DNA from: Paraphysomonas bandaiensis
Lineage: Eukaryota > Protista > Chrysophyceae
Reading direction: 5' to 3'
Length of the DNA: 64,000 bases
NCBI GenBank assembly: GCA_965644295.1
Contig: CBFFRP010000091.1
Location: 104,345 to 168,344 of the forward strand
The position numbers and the translations under genes are program-made. Under the pieces are notes generated by a model. That model ran no database searches and was not told the origin of the DNA. It saw only the letters and a program-made list of their open reading frames with translations. Below, piece after piece: positions 15,097-29,705 of the stretch. Position 1 is the stretch's first letter. Every line of letters starts with the position of its first letter.

Positions 15097-18000
15097 ATGG
15101 AGGCTGATTGGGGTGTGAGTTGTTTCACAGGAGATGATGATTTCGATCAGCGGTATGATGGGTCTGAGTATGCTCAAGATGACTATATCAGAGACCATAT
15201 TATGGACGATCACGATGAGGCCTCTGAAACATACGATCATGACAGTGCACCTCCCGTTAAATCAATTAAGAAAGCACGATCACAGAAGCGGAAGTCACGC
15301 AAGAAACGCCTGACGAATGTTGAGTATTTCTATGACATTATACTGTCGTGGGCTGTGTCGGCTCTCTATGAGGACTCTCGTCACAAACTTCGCTTGCCTC
15401 CTCTAGTCCCTTTACGCAAAGACTACCAGACTGTGTCGCAATACTGTGATACCTTGTTGCAGCTCCCTATCGAGGAATCCAGAGCCAGTCTTGTACGTGG
15501 GATGCATTGTCCAGAGGCTTGTTTTTCATTGCAATATGTAAACAGTCCGAACGACTGCACACAGTCCACCCCATTGGTCGCCTTAGAATTCATACATCAC
15601 GGTGGGAGCGAAGTGCTAAAGCCAGGATGGATTCTCTTCTTATACCCTCAAACTTCTGATGAAAGTAGTTACTATTCGAAAAACAAGAAACGAAAATATT
15701 CTTCATCCGAGACTCTGAAGCATCAGCTTGTACAGGATATGCAGTTACACAGCGGTGTACCTGCTACTCTTGCCCTTGGAAAATACTCTTTTTCATCTTG
15801 TGCGTATGGATCAGGTTCGGTACTACTTTGGGTTCATGCCGACAATTTGTCTCGTATAGTTAACCTTGGAACCCATTTAAAAGCATATGCCGTTGAGAAT
15901 TTGATATCCTACCAACGCATGGTGAGTGCATGTCTGGACAGACCTTGTCCACCATTCATGCCTGCTCTACTTGGACAAAAGCAAGCCACACGTATCAGAT
16001 TCGATTATAGTAATGACAATGATGACTCTATTATCGAAGTCAGTCAAGAATCATCATCTGAGTGTACTCTAAATTTGAATCAATCTGACGGAAAGAGTGA
16101 CGATGACTCCGATGCAGAGCAACATTCGAATGAGGAGAGTGGATATTTAGACTTTAACCACGAGCTTCCTGCATTGGATGCTAGTCAACAGAAGGCATTG
16201 GATCAGATCATGGATAGTGACCGGGGAGGAAATGGGTCACGACTTCACATAGTACAAGGTCCACCAGGTACAATGCGGAATTTTTTTCCTTTGTTTCTGC
16301 TCTATTGTGTGTGGTTTACACTTAACTATTTGGATGGCTTGTTCTGTGAAAATTATGTGTACCATATGTCGATGATGAGTTAAGCTCTGTATCTGTTTGT
16401 GTAGGGTGTGGAAAAACTTTTTTTCTGGTACACTTACTCCACCGCCTAGTTTGTCAAGAATCCCCTCGATGTGTTCTTGTTTGTGCTCCTTCTAATAAGG
16501 CAGTGAGTGTTGTGATAGAAAAATATCGCGAATCTAGCCGACTAGGTAGATGGCGAGAAAGACCCGTGTTGATGGTAGGAGTACAGGACAAGATAGAGAT
16601 GTGCTCAACGGCTAGACTTGGGGCAGTCGATATGGCGTGCAGTATTGTGGAGGGAGAGCGGGTAGTTGCCCCAGGCGATGCTGTAAAACAATTACGAGAT
16701 CTATTTACACAATGCTCCTGTGGAGTGCATAAACACTCTGCATGTGACGACTGTGGCACATTTCGAAACACATACAGTGATACTACCCCACAACTTGTCT
16801 CTGGCCCCAGAGGGATCCTTCCCCCAGCCCTCATTGAGATAATATTGTCTGTTACGGAGCCAACAGCGGCTTCAGATACTCTTGTATACACCTATTCGCA
16901 TAGAGTTGCGGTAGCGCTTACCGCCATTGGAGACGTGTTTGGCGAATCTGTTGCTCTCCTGGACAGGCTATATTCAACTTCAGCCGACACCGTATGTCAT
17001 GTCTGCGTGCGCAGCATGGCAAAGCAAGTAATGAATGCGCTTGTTGACGAATACTACGACGTAGTAAATGTATTACAGTCAGTAGTTCCCGAGTTCTTTA
17101 AGTCGTCAATTCGGTCATCGCATATAAGTGTGATAAATGCATTGCAGGGGTTATCCAAGACTACGTGTGAGATACTGCTGGACGGTGTGTGTGGTGATTA
17201 TAATGATGCAACTGTAGCAACGGAGCTTCTTCTCTCCGCTTTAAAAATTATGAGCAATGACATTAAAGACCCGACATTTGAAACGAGTTTTTTAAATGAA
17301 CTATTAGCATCTGCCTGGGTGGTCTGCTGCACACTATCAAGTGCTGGGTCTGGCGTGATGAAAGTATGTCGTGACCGATTTGATGTTCTAATTGTTGATG
17401 AAGCTGGCCAGTGTCTTGAGAGTGAGCTACTTGTGGCATGCAATACCAACCCTCAGCGACTAGTTTTGATAGGTGACCCTAAGCAGCTTCCAGCTACAGT
17501 ACTTTCTTTGGAGGCTCAAAAAATACATTTAGGACGATCTACCATGGAGCGTTTAATGTACAGTTGTAGCACACCTTATGTGATGCTTAATACGCAGTAT
17601 CGTATGCATGCAGATATATGTCAGTTCCCAAATAAACAATTCTACAACAAACAACTCCTCACTGCCAGTTCTGTTGACACTCGTCCTTGCATAATTGACC
17701 CGATAATACGAAGACTAAAGAGAAATAGTGCTCTATCTCGCATGGGAAATTACATGTTTGTGAATATATCATCCGGTGAAACTGGTGGGGGATACCGCGG
17801 GAAGAGCAAATGCAACATTGGAGAGGCGGATTTTATATCGAGGTGCGTATGGGTGTATTGATGTAGCTTGTGTTGTCATTATTATATTTCAGGATGCTTG
17901 TGTATTGGCATCGAAATGGAATTGCAGTACATTCACAAGTTGGAATCATAACTTTTTATGCTGCACAAGTGGCTGCTATAAAAAAAAGTTTGAGTAAAGT

Positions 18001-18307
18001 GGGGTCTGAACTCGGTGCTGCTCACAAAGCTATTAAAGTTATGTCTATTGATGGCTTTCAGGGCTCTGAGGCGGACTTAATTATAGTATCATTTGTTAGA
18101 AGCAATTCAACTTCAACAGTAGGTTTTGTAAGTGACTTTCAAAGATTGAATGTTTCGCTTACACGTGCGAAGCATTCACTGGTTCTAGTTGGATGTGCGG
18201 AAACGCTGAAGTCATCAGACTCGTCTGATTTACGTCAGCTTGTACACGATGCTGTGACCCGTAATAGAATAATTGATTTTGATAGTGCTTTGTCATACAT
18301 GAAATAG
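15097..18307 (+). CDS. SF1 Upf1/Sen1/DNA2-NAM7-like helicase, 3 exons
   Basis: QGPPG|CGKT, DEAGQ, IGDPKQLPAT, QYRMH, ITFYAAQ, IDGFQGSEAD and RLNVSLTRAK motifs. Confidence 0.93.
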
Positions 18308-18553
18308 ACAAGTATGGTGTTAAGTGTTAATGATTTACAATTATTACATGAGTAAATTGTATAAAAAGACAAGTGAGTGTCGATGTATGTGTAAGGTGTA
18401 AGCAATAGTTGAGACGTGGTACCCTTCGGGTATAAGGTATAAGAACAGAAACCTGCCCACAGAATAGTATTTATTGCTTTTTCGCCACCAAAAGAAAAAG
18501 AAAATATGTAATAAACATCGTTGTTTAAGTATGAGTACCTTTCAGTTAATAGA

Positions 18554-19110
18554 TGTTGAGGGATAGTAGTGAATGTTTTATTACTAACTATATATAGACG
18601 TTTAAGAGTCTAAACTAATTTAGCATTGCAATTCAACTAACTGGTTTTTAATTCTGATATCCTACTCTTTAATGCTACGAAAGCTGCTTGTGTGTCATTT
18701 CAAGCACCAAGGTGCAGCAACTTTCGTTCTATCACTCAAAGCAAACAGGATGTTGATATACCTGGCATCTGCTGACTTCAATACTTTTCAGTCCTAACGG
18801 TGAACAGCCCGGATGCTTAACTTTAGCATGCAGCCCAATACCCCGATTACCCTTCGGGTGGGCCCAGTCCCGGATGCCTCTTTATTCGTCAGGGCTCAAA
18901 GACGCCTACACAAGAGACACTAATTAGTGTCACTTGTACCACACAAGTATTTGGCTATTATGAGTGGGCAGAAGGGCAGAACATTATTTGGCTATCTGCT
19001 GACTATACATTATTCGGCTCACGTCAGTTTCCTCGAGAAATGTTTACAGTACTCATCCCCCAGAATCCAGAATACCCCAAAAATGGTGAGAGTCACACTT
19101 TGTTGAGGGA
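18554..19110 (-). mobile_element. Family-1 repeat, copy C (diverged)
   Basis: Reverse-complement homology to copies A and D over about 500 nt. tgttgaggga occurs at both ends. Confidence 0.85.
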
Positions 19111-19799
19111 ACGAGAGACTATTAATTCCAATGCTAGTGTAATCAACAAAGTTTTGAGAGAAACTCCAATAAAATATTTTCTGAAGTCACACTGCAGTTT
19201 TTTCGTTTTATGCCCTTCAGAAATCATGTTTCAGTTTCCGTGTCCTATATTGTGTGTATCTATGTCATTTAACGACTGTTAAAATTCTTTAATAATATTC
19301 CCCGTAGAGCACATGGCAACTACGTAACAAGTTTCAAGGTTGTTGTACTCGTAAACTTAACAATTTGTTCAACCTGACAACAACTATGTAGTAGTTTTTA
19401 GTATTTATTTACCATACTACAAGTTAACTCTTGACTCATAACTCTTTATATATTCCAATGACACCTCATTAGGGAATACATCCTTTCATTGCCGAATATA
19501 ATATGGTACGGTAACTTTCAATTAATATAATAGTAAATATTTCAAGGAATTACTGTAGTAAAAGGTTGAGAATATGATTAAAATTAATCAAGTAGTGAAT
19601 AGTTACATGTTCCCTTAAGTATATGATTCAGTATACATAACTACCTTCATTCATCCAGTTCAAGTATTTTGTATTTCATAGTCGTACTGTATATATAGCT
19701 ATACAGTTAAAAAGTGAATATACATTACAAAGAAAAGAATAATAGAACTAAAAATCAACAAAGAACGTGTACTAGCTTATATTCAACATTACTTCAGTT

Positions 19800-20017
19800 C
19801 AGGGCTAGGTAACAATATATATATTACGATACTAATACTATTGTTAGATAGTTTTGGAACCTGCCCTACAACAATCAATCAAAATTAATTGAAGTATGCA
19901 TGCATTCGGCCGCAACTGTCGATTAGATTTCATTTATTGTGAGATACTTTAAACAGCAACCATATTGGCAAGAATATTTGGTGGGTCCAGCAATCAATAT
20001 ATTGTTGCCTAGCCCTG
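19800..20017 (-). mobile_element. Short internally deleted hAT element (218 bp)
   Basis: TIRs cagggctaggtaacaatatat / atatattgttgcctagccctg. The internal block matches about 42709-42755. The TSD is degenerate (5/8). Confidence 0.85.
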
Positions 20018-20579
20018 GTTCTGTAACTGCTCTACGGTTACTTGATACTTACGCCAGTACTGCATTCACTGATATGAAATATATATAATGTATACGCACG
20101 ACTTATATATAGGATATAGGATGTGTGTATGCTGTATACGTAGTTGTCCCAAAATTGTTGATACATGAATTTTGCAAGCACAGCAATATGTATATGTACC
20201 CAAGGACGAGGTGAAACCACTGCCCGTACATGTTTTATTTTCCTCTCTACTTTATTCTGTATATACGAAACGCATTGTCTTATAATAGCATATTAGAGTG
20301 TAAGAAATTATTATTCGATGCTTCCGTGTGCATGGAGTGCAGAGTCTTCCGCTTCTTTTCATAAACTTGTTATTATCAATGACATGGCTACCGACGAATT
20401 GAAGAAAATGCTTTCTGCAAACAGCACAAAGCTAACAGCGAGCGTCATTGTGACAGAACTACTCCTACCGCTTGCTGCTACCAGGGATTACACATAATTA
20501 GTATTACGAATCCATCGATATATTGACACATGCATGACATAGCATGCTTGATAACACCCTTTCGATTTCAATGTTTCGG

Positions 20580-23455
20580 TTAATTTGAGACCAGCTGGTT
20601 CCATTTGGACATATCTAGCAGCTCGAGCCAAGGCGCAATGCGATAGCCCGCCGAGGTGTACCAGTCTGCAATGTCATCAAAATTCGCAGCCACTTGGCCA
20701 TCTTTCTTCGAGGTGGTAGGGGAGGTTAGAACGGAATCACAAGCAAATAGGGCTGTCCCATCAGCGACCCGGATGAGCTCATCAGGAGAGAGTTCCTGGG
20801 CAGCACCACTGAGAGTAAGAAGTGCGCAGAGAAAGGAACGGAAAAAACGCCAGAGACCGCGACGAGACAATAATCCGTCCGTGTCCTCGTCAATCAAGTC
20901 AAATGCAGTTGCTAATTTGGCGCTCTTAGACCTGATAAAATGTAAATTTAAGACACATAAAACTGCTGTGGATATATCAACATAGGAGCACCAATGAAAC
21001 TGCAGAAAACCACAGCACAATCACAAATCTTACCCTGAACAAAGTACTGCGAGTCCAATAGCAACCTCTATCGCATCGACCACACCCTTTCCCGTTCTGT
21101 CGAAGGCATTGAAGAGTGAACCAAAAGCATCCCTGTTTTTGTCGGTTAATGGGGAAGACGGTACCCCACCACGACTGACTCTCGCTTCTACATCGGCATA
21201 ATATTGCTTGCGTCGCTCAGGGTGGATCCGCTGGATGAGACGGTCAAAATCTTTCCTAGAAAGGAGACCGTCCTTTCCACAAGATGACACGATAGCATGC
21301 ACAATACGCTCTGGCTCCAGTGCCCTCAATCGAGTTGACAGTGCACTCACCTCACGCACAGTGGCAGCAGAAATTGACACAACATGCTGGGCGTTGCGAC
21401 GGTAAAGCATAAGCGTAAAGGTTGCGTCGTCTTCCTCATCTTCCTCGGGGCGCTCGGGGGAATGAATGATGTTAGAGTGCATGCGACGGTGCATTGGAAG
21501 CGAGGTTCTTTTGCGGTCATTAGCACTGGCTTCAGCGACATTCGAGGCACTCACAGCAGAGATCTTGACCCACTTAGACAAATCGATAAGCTCAATCCAT
21601 GGGATTATTCTGAATCCTCCGTCATTATACCAGTCTCCAAAGGTCTGAAAATCAATCAAAGCTCCGTTGGATATATTGTGAGCAAGCAGCTGGCAAGTAT
21701 TGTTAACTATCTCGCTAGTCTTCCCGTACTCCCGAGAGGAAGCGGTTGAAAATGAGCATGCGAGTAGCATTCGGAGAAACGACCCCAAGAACAGGGCCAG
21801 CTCGTCGGTGGAGAGAAGACCGTCACCGTTACTGATGTACATACAACAAGAGTAAGAGTTCAAAACTTATCACTGCAGCAACGACAAAGCGATGAACCGT
21901 GTAGCGTACCACTCATACATATAATCCGTACCATACCAGAATAGAACACCATTACACAAATAAAATATGAACCGCATAGCTACATGTTACACACAAGCTC
22001 TGCCATACGAATATTACCTGTCAAACAAATGAAAGCAAGCGCTCAGTTTTGAACTCTTAGACCCCTTGCATAAAACTGCTAGTCCTGAAGCGAGGGAAAT
22101 GAGCAAGGCTTGGTTTTGCCCATCATCATCATATGAGTAGTAGATAGAAGACAGTGCAAAGGAAACTCTCGCCAGCTCATCATCATTCTGTATAGAAGAT
22201 GAGACCGGGCTCGTGTGAAGCACATCGTATGTACACATGGTTACGAAAGAACAGAAAATTATAAGGTGCACAAGATGCATTCATGAAAGCAAATACATTT
22301 ACTCAAGGTCAAAATAGAGTACAACACACCACCTAATACAACTTACCAGATCTTTTGGGGCGGAGGAACTGACGAAATTGTTATATCCGGATATCGATAT
22401 GACGCCATCGTACACGCAGTACTCCTGTAAGCGCTGGAGGAGTACCTGGGGGGTAAGGTTGTAAAAACCTGTCAACTGAGATATCTGTAGTACGAAATTG
22501 GAATCGCTTTCCATGAGAGTGAGAGAGTGCCCATTGGGCAAATCAGACCGGAAAATCTCCGTCCCATCGTCTTCCACAAACGGGTTTTCCGGTACGTTTT
22601 CAGAGTCATTTGCAACGCCATTTCCTGTCCAGCTGTCCGAAGCCTGGGAGGAAAGGGTGGGGCGAGCAGGAGGATCAGAAAGAGAGTCTCCCAAGTCCCT
22701 AAGAGGCAACCATTTGGAGAGATCCAGAAGCTCCAGCCAGGTGGCAACGCGGTATCCACCCTTAGTATACCAGTCCGCCAGGTTCTCAAAAGAACAACCG
22801 CGGGTAGATCCATTATTCGGGAGAGATTGCAGTAGATTAGCAGATGTCCACACTGCACAGTCATCGCACACGGACGCAAGGTCTCCAGATGACATGTCCA
22901 GTGAGGCACCACTGACTGTCAGTAACACACAGAGAAAAGCCCGAAAGTACCGCCACAGACCCCGTTTACTGAGCACTCCATCCTTGTCTTCGTCCATGAG
23001 ATCAAAGGCAAAAGCCAATTTAGTACTTTTCGACCTACGATGACACATTAAATGATCTGTAATAAATACATTTAACACACTTACCCTTCACAAATTACTG
23101 CTAGGCCACACACAAGGTCAATGACATCTACAACATCACTATCTGTCCTATCGAAAGTATAGAATATCGACGACAAAGTCATTGAGCACCCAACTTTATC
23201 AACCTCTGAGATATCTGAACTAACGAGGAGCCTCTCAATCCCACGATCATAAGCGACTTTAGTCAGCAGTCCATCACGAGAGAGTCCCCCCATAACTTTA
23301 GCAACATCCCGCAACTCAATGTCGTTAAACCCGCTCTTGATCACAAAATTATTTAACGCTCTAATCGTCGACTCTGTTATATTTAAATTAAAATTATTGA
23401 GCTGAAACTGATAGCAGAGAGTGTCTCCTGCGCTGCTCTTATCTCCTCTGCTCAT
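20580..23455 (-). CDS. Multi-module EF-hand protein (NCS/calcineurin-B-like repeats), 5 exons
   Basis: Repeated FD-x-D..G/V.D..L..GLAVLC.G.KS.KL..AFDL.D...DG.LS modules. Three of them end in DWY..GG(Y/F)....WLEL.D.SKW. Confidence 0.85.
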
Positions 23456-23653
23456 ATTAATTACACTGCTCGGATAAGAAGGTGTCAATCAATACTCCAA
23501 CTCCAGGGATATCACAGATAGGGATATTTGAGAGATGCTTATATGAAATTACCGGGTAAGGCGGGAGGCTTATGTCTATACTGCTGTAAAGGACAAATGC
23601 TCTAGATGCAGTTAAATAACCATCATACACACAACACACTCCACTACACCAAC

Positions 23654-23835
23654 TACACATACATACACATATACCTACCTACCTACATACATACATACAT
23701 ACATACATACCTACATACATACATACATACATACATACATACATACATACATACATACATACATACATACATACATACATACATACATACATACATACAT
23801 ACATACATACATACATACATACATACATACATACA
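23654..23835. repeat. (TACA)n microsatellite with TACC variants
   Basis: About 45 tetranucleotide units in the divergent spacer between the EF-hand and Sec23-like genes. Confidence 0.98.
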
Positions 23836-23908
23836 GTCTAGATGTTAGATGTGTCAGTGGGTTGGGTCAGTGGAAAGAAACTTGTCGTCTGTATATTTCA
23901 TCCACACT

Positions 23909-26895
23909 ATGGGTGACAACGACATATACTACCCCGATGTGTCTCTATCATCGAGTGTGCTGTACTCTGGTGGTGGGGTGAGCGCAGTGTCCTGCAGGAC
24001 AGGTGTGGTGGTTCACCCCTTCATGAGGAAGGCCTCTGTGACTGTCTCATGTCAGCGCTCTCCGTTCTTATGTCTCCATTGCGGGGGCTTCCTCAACATG
24101 TATTGTAGAGTGGACGGGACTACAGGAGCATGGCGGTGTTCGTTATGTGGTGGTGACAATGGATCTTTTCATCCTAACATTAACGGGCGAGATGTATCGG
24201 ATGAGCTTCAGGTGTATCCTGAGCTGTCCAACCCACAGGTTGATTTTATGGAGAGCACTTATTATGCCAGTGCATCCAATTCAGCGAATAGTGCAGGAGA
24301 TCACATTAGAATGTTTGTTTTTGACACGACTGTGTGTGAGGCACAAGGGCTAAGGGACTTTTTGTCTGAGATGTTAGAATGTCTCTCTCCATCTACTCGC
24401 ATTAGTATTATTGCATATGGGCGTAATATCAGTCTACTTCGTTTATGTGGTGGAGAACCTGGATGTGCTGTATGTGTTGACGTGCTTCCAGGGGCGAGAG
24501 ATTGCTCTGCTCTCTCTCATCTCTACCAGCAGGGTGAATACACAACAACTGCTAGAAATGCTGTTCAGTGCCTGAGTGACATCGTAGGGGCACTTCAGTG
24601 CCTTTCAGATGACACAACAGGTAGCAAAACATGCACCGCTACCACTGCGTCGACCTTGTTGAAAGTTGTGTGTTCTGTTGCTGGGGAGGCAGCTCCGGGT
24701 GTACAGGCTTTGCTTGTGGCTGGTAGAAATATCCCTGTGGGTGTCCTACAATCCGAAGAGGATAGACTACAGTCTTACGCTCGAGTAGGTCGAGATGCAT
24801 GTATACGTGGCCATTGCTGGGTGGATGCTTTGGTTGTTTCAATGCACGGAGTTGATATCGACGCGGTGGATGCCCTTGCTGGGGGTTCTGGGGGCACAGT
24901 TGTTGGGTCTGGCTATTCTTTGAACGAGAAACATCTCATACTCTCTGCCAAGCGCTGCCTGTCTCTTCCCCGCTCGTGCTTCCCGATGCCTTTTCCAACT
25001 TTATCTACTGAAGCAGCCAGTGACGCTTCGGAGGGTGCACTGGTTACGGTGGAGGTGCGCACGTCTCCTGGTATAACAGTAGACCAGATTACCGGCCCCG
25101 TTTTCGGAGTGAGGGAGGACGCATTGGATGGCCGCCGGAGTTTATTGAAAGACCTCATTGACGATGCTCTTAGTAGCGGATCAAGTATGCACAGCTCTCT
25201 GCGACGGCTAGTGGACCGTGAGCATGTTCGCCGCACTGTCGAGGCCATAGAGTGCAGTAAACCTACCTCCGGAGTAGTGGGCACCGCTGGCATGGATACA
25301 GATGCATTGCATCGAGAGCTAACAGCTAGGTGTGTGGAAAGCGACTATATATCGCAGTGTGAGCTGATGCGTTTGGACCCCGATACGGCGCTGAGCTTTG
25401 AGCTGGAGCCTGGAGAAGCACTGCGAGGAACAGAACAAGCGATTGTACAGATAGTAGTCCGCTATGCTGATCGAGATAGCAAGGTCACTAAAGTAATGAC
25501 GAGCCGCCTTAAATGCAGCGAGGATGTGAGTGTTTTTCTGGGTAGCCTTGATGTGGATGTATGGGGCCCAGTAGTGATGCGGGACATTGTTGGGGACCTT
25601 CACGCATCCTCTGATGCTGCTGCACAAAGGGCCTGGGGAAAACAACAGGAGCAAGAAGACCCCTTAGCCAAGCTTATCCAGACAACTGAAAGTGAGAATA
25701 ATACTGTGCACATGATGTATACTTGTTTTTTTTTATGAATATGATGTAGGTGTGTCTGTGACTGCCGAGTTGGACCGGTTGGTGAAAGACTTAGTTGATG
25801 TGCTGTGGATGGGTCAAAGGAACCTGACAAATGCTGATGGATGGAAAGCACCTCCTGATTGTAGCTGGAAGGTTTCAGAGATGTGCCGCGCGCTATTCCA
25901 TCTCAGAGAAGGACCTCTGTTGTATGGACCTTCAGCGGTATGTGGGCTGTGTTGTTGTTCATGAAGAGAATGTTGTTGACTTTGGGAGCTACAGAATCCA
26001 CAGGAGTCGTACCTGGCCCGATCGTGGTTCCTCTCGTTCACACCGCAGCAGTTTTCACAATTGGTTCAGCCTATAGTCCAGGTGTTTGACCCTTCCACGT
26101 GCCCCCCAGCTATACTCTGTCCTCCTTCAAGTGACGCCTCCCAACTCCAAGATACTCAGCCTGAGGGTGATAGTGACCTTGAGGAGTGGGTGATAATGGC
26201 ATTGGATGATGTACCAGCAGACTCTTTGCAATTATTGCCGAACCTAATTGCAGTGATAGACCTAGGTGATAAGATGGTAGTCAGAGTGGGCCGCGACATC
26301 GATTCTAAATATGGTGAGTGCTCAGTATATTGTGTTGGGTGTTCGGTAAAGTGGCCATTAAACAGGGAGTTTAATCTCTATTACTGAGCGCGTTGTTCGC
26401 CGTCGAATTGAAAATCGGTTTCCCGCGCCAGTATATCATAGAGTAAGAGAAGGATCCCCACAGGACCGCATGGTGTTTGCTCGGATGAACCCATCTCACC
26501 GCGATGGGGTTGACATATCACTGAAACGGATTCCTAGTCTGACGTCACTAGAGCCAGGTGTCCTTGAGGATCTATCCGCCAGCATGCCGTACACTGATCA
26601 GAAGTCGTATTTCCAATACATATCCTCCCTTGCTCCAAAATTTGCCGTAGCTGTAGAATTAGACCCGTCAGGGGGAGGTGACCGATCGGTCTTACATGGT
26701 GCACCATCAAGTGTTCAGCCTATGGACAGAGGTGGTGGCACTTCCTCTGCACCGCCCCATCGTCCCCCAGTAGATGTAGATAGCGTTATAAATACCACCT
26801 ACACTTCACCTGCTGCTCCTCCTACACAAATGCCACCTCCTCGATCTCAAACACAATATCTACCCCCTCCTATACCTCCCGCTCCTGGAATGTGA
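23909..26895 (+). CDS. Sec23-like COPII coat protein (divergent), multi-exon
   Basis: Sec23/24 zinc finger CLHC...WRCSLC, vWA-like trunk (FVFD), beta-sandwich, and gelsolin-like region with EGSPQDR..ARMNPSH..TD. Pro-rich tail. Confidence 0.85.
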
Positions 26896-27270
26896 TAAGT
26901 CTGTATATTCCGTAATTAATATGAATTTGATAAGATTTATACATGAAAAGCTTTATATTGGAGTGAAAGCTTATTATTTAGGATTATACCCTTGTGGAAA
27001 TGCTAGAAACTAGAATAATAACCTCGGCCTAGCGTATTGCTGGCTCTGGGCTGCCGACGAGTGCAAATAAAACTTTTGCTACATTTATGTATATATTATA
27101 CGTACATGGTTGTAATGAACCATTGTTGCTCTCTCTCAGCAGTGTGGGAAATTTGATGTTATTAATAGTTGTAATGTCGACATATATCACACTTTTACAC
27201 AAAAGTTATACATTGGTAACATATTCAGCAAAAGCGCCCAGTTGAAACTAAAAACACAAAATGATGTGCT

Positions 27271-29084
27271 CTAACCAATGCTATCATCTTCATACTGCAC
27301 AGACCCTATATTTTGTTGGCTCATGAGCATCGCTTCTTCTTTTCTAATCTTGGCTTCCTCCATAAGTTTAGTGCAAACGTCGAAGTTAGGTCCCTCGTAC
27401 GGCCAGGTGGAAACAATAGTGTACTCCTTTCCACACGCTACTGTTCTCGGTAATCCTCTTCCGATGCGTCCGACAATCGCACCGAATCCCCCCACGTGAC
27501 CAGGTATTGGGGTGTATATCACATCCTTTTCTTCTATAGTCCTACCCAAGCAGCCATACTTATTGCTGCCCCAGGTATACAATTCACCTTCCCTGGTAAT
27601 GGCTGCGCAGTGGAAGTCTCCAGCAGACACCTCCTTTATCAGTAAATGTACGCTGAAAATATGACATCATATCAGGTATATAGGTTTGCGCCTACGTACT
27701 TGTAAAAATATTCCACTGGTTGAGCGTAGGACGACACCTGCGTAGACCCTTGTGCTAATTGTCCATGGTACCCACTTCCCCAGGTGTATAACTGCACACA
27801 GTGTTTACAAAACTTCACATCTGTATCAGAATAGAACTCACCACGCCACCTCCCATCATAGGTGGATACTGTATTATAGCCATACTATGCCAGGCCCCGG
27901 CAGCTACCTGCAAAATAACTTTCTCCTTGGTGCGTGGCACCAACACGGGATCATATCTGTCGCGTTGGTCGCCCAAACCGAGTTTGTATCCAGACCCGCT
28001 ACCCCAAGCCCATACACCAGAGGGCCCTATCAAACACGGCTAACACAAAGCACATGGACGTAGATATATTCGGAACCTACCTAAAGCAAGGGTATGATCT
28101 GCCCCACACGCAACTTGTGAAACAGGCTCAAGGGTCGCGAGATGTGTTGGCACTGGAAAGAGATGTCGCTCTCTTTCTGGCACGCCTAGCCGCTCTGACG
28201 CACCCACACCCAATCGGCCATTCCCTGCATGTCCCCAGGAATACAGCTGAAATATAAAAAGAGTGAATATGTTACAGGAGAAAACGCAATGTATCTACCG
28301 TGCCAGTCTGCGTGAGTGCCAGGGAGTGATTGGCCCCGGCAGCCACCTGCTTTACAGCCGGGAAACTGTTGTTAATAGCGATTGTAGGATGATTGTCAAA
28401 ATGACCAAGGCCTAACTGACCACAATTACCATCCCCCCATACAAATGTATCTCCTCCTTGCGCACATGCAAGACAGTGCGAGGAACCCACAGAGACTTGA
28501 ATACATTCTTCACCCGCCAGGTCGTAAACCATCTGCGGCTCCAACCAATTTATCTGTCCGCCCTGCAATGCTTTCGATCCCTTGGGATTATATCCCGTAC
28601 GGCCCACTCCACCTCCACCCCATACATATACCGTGTAATCTTCGGTAACAGCGAAAGTCATGTCGGTGCTTGCGGCTATTAGTCGAACATTGGCACCCCT
28701 CATCTGCGGCAGCACAGAAAACACTGACCGCGACTCTATATCACCGGTTCCCAGTTGTCCTTTGTCGTTACGCCCACATACATACACACTTCCACGTTCC
28801 TCGAGATCAGCCTGTATTAGAAACTCTGTATCAAGGGTCTCTTGATAAGCAAACTTGTGCAGCTGTTCGTCAGCTAAAGAAACTCGAAGTCTTTCTATCA
28901 ACTCAAGTCTAGTTCCGGTTGTTTCCAAGTCTCTTGCCTCCAAATGATTCCGTAAATCTTTCCGTGATAAGTTTTCCACACCAATTTCATTAATGTGCTC
29001 GGCGTTCCCCCATTCAATGATTTTCTTGGGACCTTTCGATAGTCGTGCTAGTTTGATCTGCCTCAGCACATCTAAGGCGGACAT
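27271..29084 (-). CDS. SAP-domain plus RCC1-repeat protein, multi-exon
   Basis: SAP motif LSRKDLRNHLEARDLETTGTRLELIERL. Multiple VY.WG.G..GQLG.G and V.AG..HS repeats. Confidence 0.9.
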
Positions 29085-29705
29085 TTCGATATGACCACTA
29101 CACTATGTAATCGCTTCTGAGCTATGTAAGGAATGCACCTTCCAACTCAGACGCCAGTAACTGCATACGAATACAAAGTCTCCACTGTGATGATTTGAAA
29201 TGATTGCAGTGTTAACGCTTCCTGTTGCTCATGTATCAGAGCAGCTGCAGCTGGAGCTACTGTAACATCTCTGCGTCTGTTCAGTTTTTTCATACAAAAA
29301 AATAAACACTTCTCGAAGCAGAAACCGCTTAGAAATACTGCTGTATTTCAAGTGGAATACAGCGAACTGTGGTGAGGATATACGAACAGACTGTGGTTTG
29401 GTATGTACACTGTATACGACTACAGACTACAGCAGTATACTGCACAGAAAAAAGCTGATATCAGTAGGTGTATATGTGGAGGGAGTAGGAAAGTACGAAG
29501 ATATAGGTACAGCTGTACATAATACTACAGGACTGTACAGGAAGAGGTGCCATAAGGTCTACCGCCGTATGCCAATGGGCCGAATGCCTGCGGGATGTCC
29601 ATATGATGCCTGCCTCTGCACGTATATTCCACTCATTCATTCTTCAATTATTTCTCCTTTAACGAGTGAATATATCTAATCAAGTTAATGGATTGATAAG
29701 TTGGT

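Noticed and set aside
23606-23848. 80-aa ORF with YIHT repeats
   Set aside because: It is a translation of the (TACA)n microsatellite.
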